Counted from the stretch's first letter, positions 48,329 through 57,830 are shown. The stretch is DNA of 64,000 nt from an uncultured beta proteobacterium (GCA_942493065.1 OW818671.1:766104-830103), one strand, 5' to 3'. Notes: a model not told the origin generated them from the letters alone. Made by a program: numbers and translations.

Positions 48329-50128
48329 TTAATTGGGTTTCTGCGCTTTTTCGAGGACGCCGAGAAACTGTGAAGCCGGCTGATAACCGACCACGCGCAG
48401 ATCGGTATTTTCCTTGCCATCCTTGAAGAAGATGATACCTGGCGGGCCGAACAGGCCGAAGCGCTTGAGCAGCGCCTTGTCGTCGTCGTTATTGGCCGTG
48501 ACATCCGCCTTGAGCAGGGTGAATTCCTTCATCTTCGCAGCCACCTGCGGATCGGCGAAGGTGAATTTCTCCATCTCCTTGCAGCTCACGCACCAGTCGG
48601 CATAGAAATCGAGCATCACGGGTTTGGTCGCACCGGCAATACGTGCATCGAGTTCGGCAACCGTCTTCACTTTTTCAAAAGTCGGCGCTGGCGAGACGGC
48701 ATTGCCTGCCGTTCTCAGAAATGCGAGGGGCTGCAATGGATCGCGGCTGCCGCCCATCAGTCCGAGCAGCATGGCTGCACCAGCCAGCAGCAAGGTAATG
48801 CCAATGCCTTTCCAGAACCGCGCCCAGCCGCCCGAATGGGCCGGCAGCGGTTCAAGCGCGCGCAGGTAGATGGCCGGCACAATCAGCAACATGGCCCAGC
48901 CGGCCATCACCAGCCAACTCGGCAACACCGGTGAGACCAGCCACAAGGCCGTGGCGAGCAGCACAACGCCGAAGAATTTCTTGACGGCTTCCATCCACGG
49001 GCCGGTCTTGGGCAGGAAGGAACGCGAGAACACGCCGACGGCCAAGAGCGGCGCGCCCATGCCGAGGCCCATGGAGAACAGCGCCGCGCCACCGAGCACG
49101 GCATCCTTCGTCTGTGCGATGTAGAGCAGCGCGCCGGCCAGTGGCGCGGCAACGCAGGGGCCGACGATCAGGGCCGAGAGGGCGCCCATGAGGGCAATTG
49201 CCGGCAGCGAGCCGCCCTGGTGATTGGCGGTGTCCGACAGTTTCGACTGCAAGGCGGCCGGCAGTTGCAATTCATAGAAACCGAACATCGAGAAGGACAG
49301 CACGACGAAAACCAGCGCGAAACTGCCGAGCACCCAGGCGTTTTGCAGGGCGGCCGACAGCAGCGTGCCGCTGAAGCCGGCCGCGACGCCGATTAGCGCA
49401 TAGGTCACGGCCATGCCGAGCACATAGGCCAGCGAGAGCGTGAATGCGCGCAGATGGGTCACCGCGTGCCCATGATTGACGATGATGCCGGAGAGGATCG
49501 GGATCATCGGGAAGACGCAGGGCGTCAGCGATAACAACAGGCCGAAGCCAAAGAAGGTGATGACGGCCATCCAGAAGCCGCTGCCCTTGAGCAATTTGGC
49601 GATCTGGCCGCTCTCGTCGCCTGCGTCGCCACTGGCGGGTGCGGCCGATGCCGTCTCGCCAGCGCCGACATTTGCAGGCAGCGGCACACTGGCCGTTGCG
49701 GGCGCACCGCTCATCGCAGCCAGCGTGATTCTGGCGTCCTGCGTCATTGGCGGATAGCACACGCCGCCATCCCAGCAGCCCTGCGATGTGGCTTTGAGGA
49801 TGACTTGCCCGCTGCCGCTGGCGACGGGAATGCGCGCAACCGCTTCGTTGTCGCGGAAGATATGCACCTTGCCGAAGAACTCGTCGTCCTTTTCCTTGCC
49901 CTTGGGCATCTCGGGTGTGCCGAGCTTGACGCTGGCCGGTTCGACGGCGAATTCGATTTTTTCCTTGTAAAGGTAGTACTCGGGGGTGATGGTCCAGCGT
50001 GCTTCGATGGTCTTGTCGTCCAGCGCACGGGCAGAAAATCGGAAAGCCTGCTCCGGGTCGAGCGGCTCGGCAGCCATAGTAAGGAAGCTGGCAAGCAGCA
50101 GGCTGAACAGGGCAAGAAATCGTGTCAT
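48329..50128 (-). CDS. dsbD: Thiol:disulfide interchange protein DsbD
   Basis: N-domain SQGCWDGGVCYPP, TM SLTPCVFPMIPIL and GPCVAAPL, thioredoxin DFYADWCVSCK. Confidence 0.95.
   Translation of the reverse strand: MTRFLALFSLLLASFLTMAAEPLDPEQAFRFSARALDDKTIEARWTITPEYYLYKEKIEFAVEPASVKLGTPEMPKGKEKDDEFFGKVHIFRDNEAVARIPVASGSGQVILKATSQGCWDGGVCYPPMTQDARITLAAMSGAPATASVPLPANVGAGETASAAPASGDAGDESGQIAKLLKGSGFWMAVITFFGFGLLLSLTPCVFPMIPILSGIIVNHGHAVTHLRAFTLSLAYVLGMAVTYALIGVAAGFSGTLLSAALQNAWVLGSFALVFVVLSFSMFGFYELQLPAALQSKLSDTANHQGGSLPAIALMGALSALIVGPCVAAPLAGALLYIAQTKDAVLGGAALFSMGLGMGAPLLAVGVFSRSFLPKTGPWMEAVKKFFGVVLLATALWLVSPVLPSWLVMAGWAMLLIVPAIYLRALEPLPAHSGGWARFWKGIGITLLLAGAAMLLGLMGGSRDPLQPLAFLRTAGNAVSPAPTFEKVKTVAELDARIAGATKPVMLDFYADWCVSCKEMEKFTFADPQVAAKMKEFTLLKADVTANNDDDKALLKRFGLFGPPGIIFFKDGKENTDLRVVGYQPASQFLGVLEKAQKPN
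48677..48700 (+). repeat. Dispersed 24-bp motif copy 16 (in dsbD linker)
   Basis: AAAAGTCGGCGCTGGCGAGACGGC, identical to copy 8; encodes AVSPAPTF. Confidence 0.92.
49650..49673 (-). repeat. Dispersed 24-bp motif copy 17 (in dsbD linker)
   Basis: + strand GCCGTCTCGCCAGCGCCGACATTT; encodes NVGAGETA. Confidence 0.92.
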
Positions 50129-50451
50129 GGCGATGGCGGCGTAGTTTCGAAAACGACCCAGTCCAGATAGGCGGGCAGGCCGTGTTGAAGTGGGACTGCA
50201 ATAATCTCGGGAAGTTCGTACGGGTGCTGCTTTTGGATGGCGGCTTGCAGTTCGGCATAGCGCGCGGTGGTGGTCTTGATCAGCAGCGGCACCTCGCTGG
50301 TCACCTCGGTCTTACCCGCCCAGCGATAAACCGAATGACACGGTGCCAGGATATTCACGCAGGCCGCCAGCCGCGCCTCGACAAGCTGTGCCGCAAGCGC
50401 GTGCGCGCTTGCGGCGTCGGGCAGGTTGGTAAGCACCAGCAGGGCATCCAT
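50125..50451 (-). CDS. cutA: Divalent-cation tolerance protein CutA
   Basis: RLAACVNI, SVYRW.G, LLIKT, HPYELPEIIA. Confidence 0.92.
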   Translation of the reverse strand: MDALLVLTNLPDAASAHALAAQLVEARLAACVNILAPCHSVYRWAGKTEVTSEVPLLIKTTTARYAELQAAIQKQHPYELPEIIAVPLQHGLPAYLDWVVFETTPPSP

Positions 50452-50469
50452 GCTGTTATTCTAGCGGCC

Positions 50470-51477
50470 ATGAAGCTCACCCCCAGCCAGATCGTCAAAT
50501 TCCTCGACCAGCATGTCATCGGCCAGGACGAGGCCAAGAAACAGTTGGCCGTGGCCGTTTATACCCATTACCAGAAGATCGCGCTGGCCCAGCAGGGTCG
50601 CCACGAGATCATCAAGAGCAACGTGCTGCTGGTCGGCCCGACCGGCACCGGCAAGACGCTCTTGTGCGAAACCCTGTCGCGCGCACTTGAAGTGCCCTTC
50701 GTCACCGCCAATGCCACCTCACTGGCGCAAAGCGAGTTCGTCAATGAGGAAATTGACGCGATCCTGCAGCGCCTGATCGAGAAGGCCGACGGCGATCTTG
50801 AACGCGCCGGGCGCGGTATCGTTTTCATCGACGAGATCGACAAGTTGAAGAAGCGGGAAGGCGCTGAAAGTGCAGTACGTGGTGGCGAGCATGTACAACA
50901 TGCCCTGCTCAAGATCATGGAAGGTGCACCGGTCAAACTCAAATCCGGGACGTATCTCGACACCACGCAGATTCTCTTCATCTGTGGCGGCGCCTTTGTC
51001 GGCCTCGACGAGATTCTCGCCAACACCCATACCTTCGGTTTCATCTCTACAGATGAGGGCGATAACCAGAAAGTGCTGGACCGTCTCAACTCGCGCGTCA
51101 AGCCGACCGACCTGTTCCAGTTCGGCCTGATCCCGGAATTCACCGGTCGTCTGCCGATTGTCGCGCGCCTTGCGCCGCTCTCACGCGACATGCTGGTGCA
51201 TATCATGACCGACCCGCAAAATGCGCTCTACAAGCAGTTTCAGGCCATCCTGCGCCAGCAGGGTGTCGAACTGGACATCGCGTCCGCCGTGTTTGAACAG
51301 ATCGCCGATCTGGCGATCGAATATCGGGCCGGCGCACGCAGCTTGCGCGGCATCTTCGAGGAACTGCTGACGCCGGTGCTTTATCTGCTACCCGATCATC
51401 CCGAGGTCAGAAAGGTCGTCATCGGCTCGCTGTTCGACACACCGCGCTACATCGGCTCGCCGCCTGTCGACCGCTAG
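50470..51477 (+). CDS. ClpX-like AAA+ ATPase paralog lacking the N-terminal zinc-binding domain
   Basis: LDQHVIGQDEAKK.LAVAVY.HY, KSNVLLVGPTGTGKT, VFIDEIDK, PEF.GRLP, GARSLR; pore-1 region diverged. Confidence 0.85.
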   Translation: MKLTPSQIVKFLDQHVIGQDEAKKQLAVAVYTHYQKIALAQQGRHEIIKSNVLLVGPTGTGKTLLCETLSRALEVPFVTANATSLAQSEFVNEEIDAILQRLIEKADGDLERAGRGIVFIDEIDKLKKREGAESAVRGGEHVQHALLKIMEGAPVKLKSGTYLDTTQILFICGGAFVGLDEILANTHTFGFISTDEGDNQKVLDRLNSRVKPTDLFQFGLIPEFTGRLPIVARLAPLSRDMLVHIMTDPQNALYKQFQAILRQQGVELDIASAVFEQIADLAIEYRAGARSLRGIFEELLTPVLYLLPDHPEVRKVVIGSLFDTPRYIGSPPVDR

Positions 51478-51484
51478 GGCTGCA

Positions 51485-52627
51485 ATGATCGCCCAGCACC
51501 TCAATCAGGCATTTGCCGCATTCAAGCTGTCCCGCCCGTTGCTAATGGCGGTGGTTGAGGCCGGCTACGAAGCGCCCTCACAGCTCCAGCAGGCCTGTAT
51601 TCCGCCGATCCTGTCCGGCCAGGATCTCGTGGTTGAAACGCATGCGGGCAGCGGGAAAACTCTCGCCTTCGTGTTGCCCTTGCTGGAGGGGCTTGATCTG
51701 TCGGATCGGCTACCGCAAGTGCTGGTCCTGACCCCTTCGGGTGAGGAAGCGATTCGTATCGCCGAAGCATTCCAGCATCTGGCGCGTTACCTGCCGGGAT
51801 TCCACGTCATGCCGCTCTGTGGCGGAGACGGTCAGGTCGTGCAGCTGCGTCAGCTTGAACGTGGCGTACATGTGGTCATCGGCACCCCACGCTGGATGCT
51901 CGGCCATGTCGAAAAGAATCGATTGACCCTGACCGACCTGCGCACTCTGGTACTCGACGATGCCGACGAATTGCTGCGGGCGGGCTTTCAGGAAGACCTT
52001 GACGCCCTTTTTAGGCTTATGCCCGCCAAGCGGCAAACGCTGGTGTTTGCCAGTGGTCGCACGCGAGCGCTGACATCGTTTGTCGAGCAACACCTCGTCG
52101 ACCCAGTGACAATTACATTGCCGCAAGTCCCCCTCGACATTCCAGCCTTGCGCCAGCGCTACTGGCAAGTGGATGCCGGTCACAAACTTGAGGCGCTGAT
52201 TCGTCTGATCGAGATTGAATCCCGCTTCGAAGCAGCGCTGATCTTCGTGCACACGCCAAGTGAGGCCGAATCACTGACGGAAAAAATGAGCGCACGCGGC
52301 TACGCGGTCGCCACCATTCATAGCCACACCCCCGGCCGTCAGTGCGACCTGGTCTCTGCCCAGTTGGTCAGGCGGCACATCGATATCATCATCGCGACCG
52401 ATGCGGCCTGTCAGCAAATTGATCTTGAGCGCATCTCCCACGTCATTCACTATGACCTACCCTGCGATACGAGTGTCTATCAGGTACGGATTGCCCGTGC
52501 GCCAGCCGCTCACACGATATTGCTGCTCGTCACGCCCCACGAGATGAGCATGTTGCACGACATCGAGCATGGCATCGGTAGCGCCATCGATCCGCTGGCG
52601 CTACCCGAACGCTCCCGAGAGCACTGA
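51485..52627 (+). CDS. DEAD-box helicase-like protein with degenerate motifs (DeaD-related)
   Basis: Q-motif and GSGKT present; motif II DDAD, motif III ASG, motif VI VRIARAP. Confidence 0.75.
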   Translation: MIAQHLNQAFAAFKLSRPLLMAVVEAGYEAPSQLQQACIPPILSGQDLVVETHAGSGKTLAFVLPLLEGLDLSDRLPQVLVLTPSGEEAIRIAEAFQHLARYLPGFHVMPLCGGDGQVVQLRQLERGVHVVIGTPRWMLGHVEKNRLTLTDLRTLVLDDADELLRAGFQEDLDALFRLMPAKRQTLVFASGRTRALTSFVEQHLVDPVTITLPQVPLDIPALRQRYWQVDAGHKLEALIRLIEIESRFEAALIFVHTPSEAESLTEKMSARGYAVATIHSHTPGRQCDLVSAQLVRRHIDIIIATDAACQQIDLERISHVIHYDLPCDTSVYQVRIARAPAAHTILLLVTPHEMSMLHDIEHGIGSAIDPLALPERSREH

Positions 52628-54534
52628 TGAATCGCTTGCGCGTGCTGTCGACACGTGTGTTGTCCATCGTGCCGCCGATGACGCAGCTCAACACGCCCTA
52701 TCCCGCCACCGCCTATCTGACCGGCTTTCTGCGGTCGCATGGTGTTGAAGCCGTACAGGAAGATCTGGCGCTGGCGCTGGTGTTACGCCTGTTTTCATCT
52801 GCAGGACTCAAAGCCATTCACGCTGCCCTGCCGGCCAAACGTACACCCGCAATGGACTGCTTCGACCAGGAGTTGCCGCGCTACCTGGCCGCCATCGAAC
52901 CGGCCATCGCCTTTCTGCAGGGACGCGACACCAGCTTGGCTTGGCGCATCGCCGGCCGTGACTTTCTGCCTGAAGGGCCGCGCTTTGCAGCGCTCGACGA
53001 GTATGTCGACCCCGATGGCGGCGATCAAGGTGACCCATTGGCGTGGGCCTTCGGCGCGCTGGGCATTCAGGATCGCGCGCGCCACTTTGCCACCCTCTTC
53101 CTCAACGACATCGCCGACGTCTTGCGCGACGCGGTCGATCCGCGCTTCGAGTTCGTGCGCTACGCCGAATCGCTAGCGCAAAGTCAGGCCAGCTTCGAGC
53201 CGCTGGCCACGGCACTCGCTGCCCCACCCACCCTCGTCGACACCTGTTTGCATGAACTGACGCTGGCCGCGCTCACGCGCCACAAACCAACCGTGGTACT
53301 GATCTCTGCACCCTTTCCCGGCAACGTCTATGGTGCCTTCCGCATCGCGCAGACGATCAAGGCGCAGAGTGGAAATATCGTCACCGTACTCGGTGGCGGC
53401 TTCGCCAATACCGAACTGCGCGAACTGGCCGAACCGCGCGTCTTCGACTATTTCGACTACGTCTGTCTCGACGATGGCGAACGTCCCCTGCTCACCCTGC
53501 TGGAACATCTGGACGGTCAGCGCCCGCAGGAACAACTGGTGCGCACCTTCCTGCGCAATACCGGCAAGGTGGTCTACATCACTGGCGAAGAAGCAGACAT
53601 TCCCTTCGACGCCGTTGGGACGCCGACTTGGGATGGCCTGCCGCTCGACCGCTATCTCTCGGTACTGGACATGCTCAATCCCATGCACCGCCTCTGGTCG
53701 GACGGGCGCTGGAACAAGCTGACCGTCGCGCATGGCTGCTACTGGAAAAAATGCAGCTTCTGCGATGTCTCGCTCGACTACATTGGCCGCTACGATGCGG
53801 CCAATGCCAAAACACTGGTCGACCGCATCGAGACCGTCATCGCTGAGACCGGGCAGACCGGCTTTCACTTTGTCGACGAAGCCGCGCCACCCAAGGCACT
53901 TGCCGCCATGGCAGTCGAACTCCAGCAGCGCAATCGCGCCATCTCATGGTGGGGCAACATCCGCTTCGAGAAATCCTTCACGCATGAACTGTGTCAGCAA
54001 CTCGCCACCAGTGGCTGCATCGCCGTCTCGGGCGGGCTGGAGGTCGCCTCCGATCGCCTGCTGGCGCTGATGAAGAAGGGCGTGTCGGTCGAACAAGTCG
54101 CACGCGTCACCCACGCCTTCAGCGAGGCAGGCATTCTCGTCCACGCCTACCTGATGTACGGCTTTCCAACCCAGACCGTTCAGGACACCGTCGATGCCCT
54201 GGACTATGTACGCCAGTTGTTTGCCGCCGGCTGCATCCAGTCCGGCTTCTGGCATCGCTTTGCCTGCTCGGTACATTCGCCGGTCGGCTTGCGCCCAGAC
54301 GAGTACGGCATCACGCTCAAGCCCTTGCCACACACCACCTTCGCCAAGAATGACGTGCGCTTTATCGATCCGACCAACGTTGATCATGACACCCTCGGTC
54401 AGGCGCTCAACAAGGCGCTCTACAACTACATGCACGGCATCGGGCTGGACGAGGATGTGCGCCAGTGGTTCGATCAGCGCGTACCGAAGACCCGAGTACC
54501 GCGCCATTTCATCGAACGGGCCCTTGCAAAATAA
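52627..54534 (+). CDS. B12-binding domain radical SAM protein
   Basis: PPMTQLNTPYPATAYL N-terminus, GGGFANTEL, CYWKKCSFC (CxxxCxxC), FVDEA, GGLE.ASD. Confidence 0.88.
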   Translation: MNRLRVLSTRVLSIVPPMTQLNTPYPATAYLTGFLRSHGVEAVQEDLALALVLRLFSSAGLKAIHAALPAKRTPAMDCFDQELPRYLAAIEPAIAFLQGRDTSLAWRIAGRDFLPEGPRFAALDEYVDPDGGDQGDPLAWAFGALGIQDRARHFATLFLNDIADVLRDAVDPRFEFVRYAESLAQSQASFEPLATALAAPPTLVDTCLHELTLAALTRHKPTVVLISAPFPGNVYGAFRIAQTIKAQSGNIVTVLGGGFANTELRELAEPRVFDYFDYVCLDDGERPLLTLLEHLDGQRPQEQLVRTFLRNTGKVVYITGEEADIPFDAVGTPTWDGLPLDRYLSVLDMLNPMHRLWSDGRWNKLTVAHGCYWKKCSFCDVSLDYIGRYDAANAKTLVDRIETVIAETGQTGFHFVDEAAPPKALAAMAVELQQRNRAISWWGNIRFEKSFTHELCQQLATSGCIAVSGGLEVASDRLLALMKKGVSVEQVARVTHAFSEAGILVHAYLMYGFPTQTVQDTVDALDYVRQLFAAGCIQSGFWHRFACSVHSPVGLRPDEYGITLKPLPHTTFAKNDVRFIDPTNVDHDTLGQALNKALYNYMHGIGLDEDVRQWFDQRVPKTRVPRHFIERALAK

Positions 54535-54722
54535 TCGCTTGCTATTGGCACGGAATGAGTCCATAGTGCACGGCGCGATCTTCAAGAGTAGTGCTTAGTT
54601 GTTGTTCGGCTCTTCCGTTTAGCCATTTGTCAAAGCGGACGTTTCCCTTCATCACCCCGCCGTCTTGAGTTTCGCCCCATCCGAGGGGCATTCCCCTTTT
54701 TAATTTTTAGGAGATTCAAGAC

Positions 54723-54929
54723 ATGGCAGCAGGTACCGTCAAGTGGTTCAACGATTCCAAGGGCTTCGGCTTCATCACCCCCGAAAACGGCGGTGACGAT
54801 CTGTTCGCTCACTTTTCCGCCATCCAGTCGGGCGGCTTCAAGACTCTGAAGGAAGGTCAGCGCGTCAACTTCGACGTCACCACCGGCCCCAAGGGTCAGC
54901 AGGCATCGAACATCCGCACCATCGACTAA
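54723..54929 (+). CDS. Cold-shock protein (CspA family)
   Basis: [34 protein letters not shown]. Confidence 0.96.
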   Translation: MAAGTVKWFNDSKGFGFITPENGGDDLFAHFSAIQSGGFKTLKEGQRVNFDVTTGPKGQQASNIRTID

Positions 54930-54989
54930 GCAAGCGCCTGATTCGGCATGCACCGTGGTTTCGCGGTCATGCCTTCAGCGCGTTCCGCT

Positions 54990-55017
54990 AGGCCCGGACT
55001 CCGGGCCTTTTTTATTT
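54990..55017 (+). terminator. Rho-independent terminator between csp and infA
   Basis: AGGCCCGG-ACT-CCGGGCCT followed by TTTTTATTT. Confidence 0.8.
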
Positions 55018-55039
55018 CCTAAACCAACGAGGTGATTCT

Positions 55040-55300
55040 ATGGCCAAGGAAGAGTTGCTTGAAATGAACGGTGTCGTGGACGAAGTGCTGCCTGACTCGC
55101 GTTATCGCGTCACGCTGGAAAACGGTCATGCGCTCGTCGCCTACAGTGCTGGCAAGATGCGCAAGCACCACATCCGCATTCTCGCGGGCGACAAGGTTTC
55201 GCTCGAGTTGTCGCCTTACGACCTGAGCAAGGGTCGTATTACGTTCCGTCATATCGAGGGACGCACGCCCCCCAGCAGCCCGGTACGGCGCAAGTTCTGA
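55040..55300 (+). CDS. infA: Translation initiation factor IF-1 (probably a paralog)
   Basis: [47 protein letters not shown]. Confidence 0.93.
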   Translation: MAKEELLEMNGVVDEVLPDSRYRVTLENGHALVAYSAGKMRKHHIRILAGDKVSLELSPYDLSKGRITFRHIEGRTPPSSPVRRKF

Positions 55301-55316
55301 GAGCAATCGCACAGCA

Positions 55317-57830
55317 TCACTGGTGCTGTTGCAGGAAGACAAGCGCTTCGCTGGCGGGCAGGGGTTTGCTGTAGTAGTAGCCCTGCAGATAGTCGCATTG
55401 ATGCGCCACCAGGAACTTGCGTTGTTCCTCGGTTTCGACCCCCTCGGCGACCACCTTCAGGCCGAGATTGTGGGCCAGCGCCAGTGTGGCCGCGCTGATT
55501 TCCGCATCGTTTTGATCGGTTTCGATATCGCGCACAAAGGCCCGGTCCAGCTTCAGCACATTGATCGGCAGCCGCTTCAGGTAGGCGAGTGACGAATAGC
55601 CGGTGCCAAAGTCGTCGATGGCCAGATGCACACCCAGATTGCGCAGCGCCTGCAAGGTGCGGATGGCGCGATTGGGGTTCTCCATGGCCGCCGACTCGGT
55701 AATTTCCAGTTCCAGATCCCGTCCCTCGAGTCCGTGTTTTTTCAGGATCTCGGCAACGCTGGTCACAAGGTCAGGTGAGCGCAACTGCTTCGCGGACAAA
55801 TTCACAGCCATGCGAATCCCATGGATTCCCTCGGTCTTCCACTGCGCCATCTGGCGGCAGGCTTCATTGAGTACCCAGCGGCCCAGTTCCTCAATCAGGC
55901 CCGATTCCTCGGCAATCGCAATGAACTTGAGTGGCGGGATATGGCCGCGCTTGGGATGGTGCCAGCGTGCCAGCGCCTCAACACCACACGCATGCTCATC
56001 GATGGCACAGACTTGGGGCTGATAGTGCAGTGCCAGCTTGCCTGTCTGTAGTGCCTCGCGCAGGTCGCCTTCCAGCTCCAGTCGCTCGCTGGCGGCAACA
56101 TTCATGGAAGAGGTGAAGTACTGCACGTTGTTGCGGCCACGTTCCTTGGCGTGGTACATCGCCGTGTCTGCATTCTTCATCAGCGCTTGCCCATCATTCC
56201 CGTCACTCGGGAAAATTGCGACCCCGATGCTCGGGCTGGAGTGCAACTGATTGTTTTCGATCTGGTAAGTCTCACCCAGAATACGCAGGATCTTTTCGGC
56301 AACCGGCACTGCCTCGAGATCCGACGTCAGCCCCGGCAGCACGACGACAAACTCGTCACCGCCAAGGCGGGCCACAATGTCGCTGTCACGCACGCATTCC
56401 TTCAGTCGACGCGCAATCTCGATCAACAGCAGGTCACCCACGTGATGACCGAGGGTATCGTTGATGTTCTTGAAGCGATCCATGTCGATGAACAGCACGG
56501 CCACGCCGAGGCTTTCACGATTGGCCGTCAACAGCGCCTGGTCAAGGCGATTTTCCAGGTTGTAGCGATTGATCAGGCCGGTCAGCGCATCGTGGTGGGC
56601 CAGATAATCGATGCGTGCTTCGTTGGCCTTGCGTTCGCTGATATCCGAGAAGCTGGCGACATAGAACAGTGCCTTGCCGTGCGCATCGCGAATGGCGGAG
56701 ATCGACGTCCATTTCGGATAAATCTCACCGCTCTTTTTCCGATCCCAGAGTTCGCCATGCCAGAAACCATCCGTGCGAATGCATTGCCACATGGCGTCAT
56801 AAACCGCACGCGGCGTGTTACCGCTCGACAGCATGCCCGGATCCTTGCCGCGCACTTCATCAAGCGTGTAGCCGGTTTGCGCGGTAAAGGACGCGTTGAC
56901 GTTGATGATGCGGTTGCGGTCATCGGTGATCAGCATCGATTCACCGCTGTTGTCAAAGGCATTGGCGTACAACTGCAATTCTTCCGCGACGGCTTCGGCA
57001 TTCTGCTTGGCGCGCTCCAGCGCCTCACGACCCTGCTCAATGTGCTCCGCCATGCTGCGCATGGCACTCGTCAGCTGCCCGACCTCATCGTACGAATCAG
57101 GCACCAGGCGGTTGCTCATGTCGCCAAGGGCAATGCGCTTCGACCAAGCCAGCAGACCATGAATGCGCCGACTGGCACGGCGCGTCACAAAAAACGCCAT
57201 GCCCAGCAAAAAGATACCGCCCAGGATCGCCATGGCGATGGTGATCCAGACATTCCGGCCAGAGGCCTGGGTCAGGCTCTCACGCGTCACCGAAATTTCC
57301 TCGAACGCGTGGCGCGTGAGATGTTGCATGGTGTTCTGAATCACCGCGAGTTGTTCGCCCTCGGTGCGCGCCAACAATTCAAAGGCGGTTTCCTTTTCAA
57401 AGTCGCTGCTCAGTTGCATCGCTTCATTCGCGCCGGCGAAGTAGGCGGCCACCGCCGCCATCATCGTATGGACTTGTCCAATCGCTTCCTGATGCCCGTT
57501 TTTCTGCTCATCTGCTGCAAGCAGGTGCAGATACGCCTCAATGCGGCTGCGCGACAGGCCCAGTTCATCGGCCAGCGTCCGCATGGTGTCGGCGCCTTCG
57601 CTGGCCTGATGACGCAAGGTCAGGGCGCGATGCACCGCCAGATCGCGCTCCAGTCCCTGCAGAATCTTGAGCCGCTCACTGCTCGCGGCATACATGTCGC
57701 CGAGCTCGGTGACTGAACGCTCAAGAATGAAGGCGGAACTGATAATGGCGCCGACGGCAAGGACACCGAGGACGACCATCGGCACCAGCAGTTGCTGGAA
57801 CAGGGTCAAGTTCTTGTAGCGATTCAGCAT
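55317..57830 (-). CDS. Membrane-anchored HAMP-PAS-GGDEF-EAL c-di-GMP signalling protein
   Basis: Two TM segments around a helical periplasmic domain, HAMP (DEVGQL), PAS, RLGGDEF, VEALARW, DDFGTGYSSL.YLK. Confidence 0.92.
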   Translation of the reverse strand: MLNRYKNLTLFQQLLVPMVVLGVLAVGAIISSAFILERSVTELGDMYAASSERLKILQGLERDLAVHRALTLRHQASEGADTMRTLADELGLSRSRIEAYLHLLAADEQKNGHQEAIGQVHTMMAAVAAYFAGANEAMQLSSDFEKETAFELLARTEGEQLAVIQNTMQHLTRHAFEEISVTRESLTQASGRNVWITIAMAILGGIFLLGMAFFVTRRASRRIHGLLAWSKRIALGDMSNRLVPDSYDEVGQLTSAMRSMAEHIEQGREALERAKQNAEAVAEELQLYANAFDNSGESMLITDDRNRIINVNASFTAQTGYTLDEVRGKDPGMLSSGNTPRAVYDAMWQCIRTDGFWHGELWDRKKSGEIYPKWTSISAIRDAHGKALFYVASFSDISERKANEARIDYLAHHDALTGLINRYNLENRLDQALLTANRESLGVAVLFIDMDRFKNINDTLGHHVGDLLLIEIARRLKECVRDSDIVARLGGDEFVVVLPGLTSDLEAVPVAEKILRILGETYQIENNQLHSSPSIGVAIFPSDGNDGQALMKNADTAMYHAKERGRNNVQYFTSSMNVAASERLELEGDLREALQTGKLALHYQPQVCAIDEHACGVEALARWHHPKRGHIPPLKFIAIAEESGLIEELGRWVLNEACRQMAQWKTEGIHGIRMAVNLSAKQLRSPDLVTSVAEILKKHGLEGRDLELEITESAAMENPNRAIRTLQALRNLGVHLAIDDFGTGYSSLAYLKRLPINVLKLDRAFVRDIETDQNDAEISAATLALAHNLGLKVVAEGVETEEQRKFLVAHQCDYLQGYYYSKPLPASEALVFLQQHQ

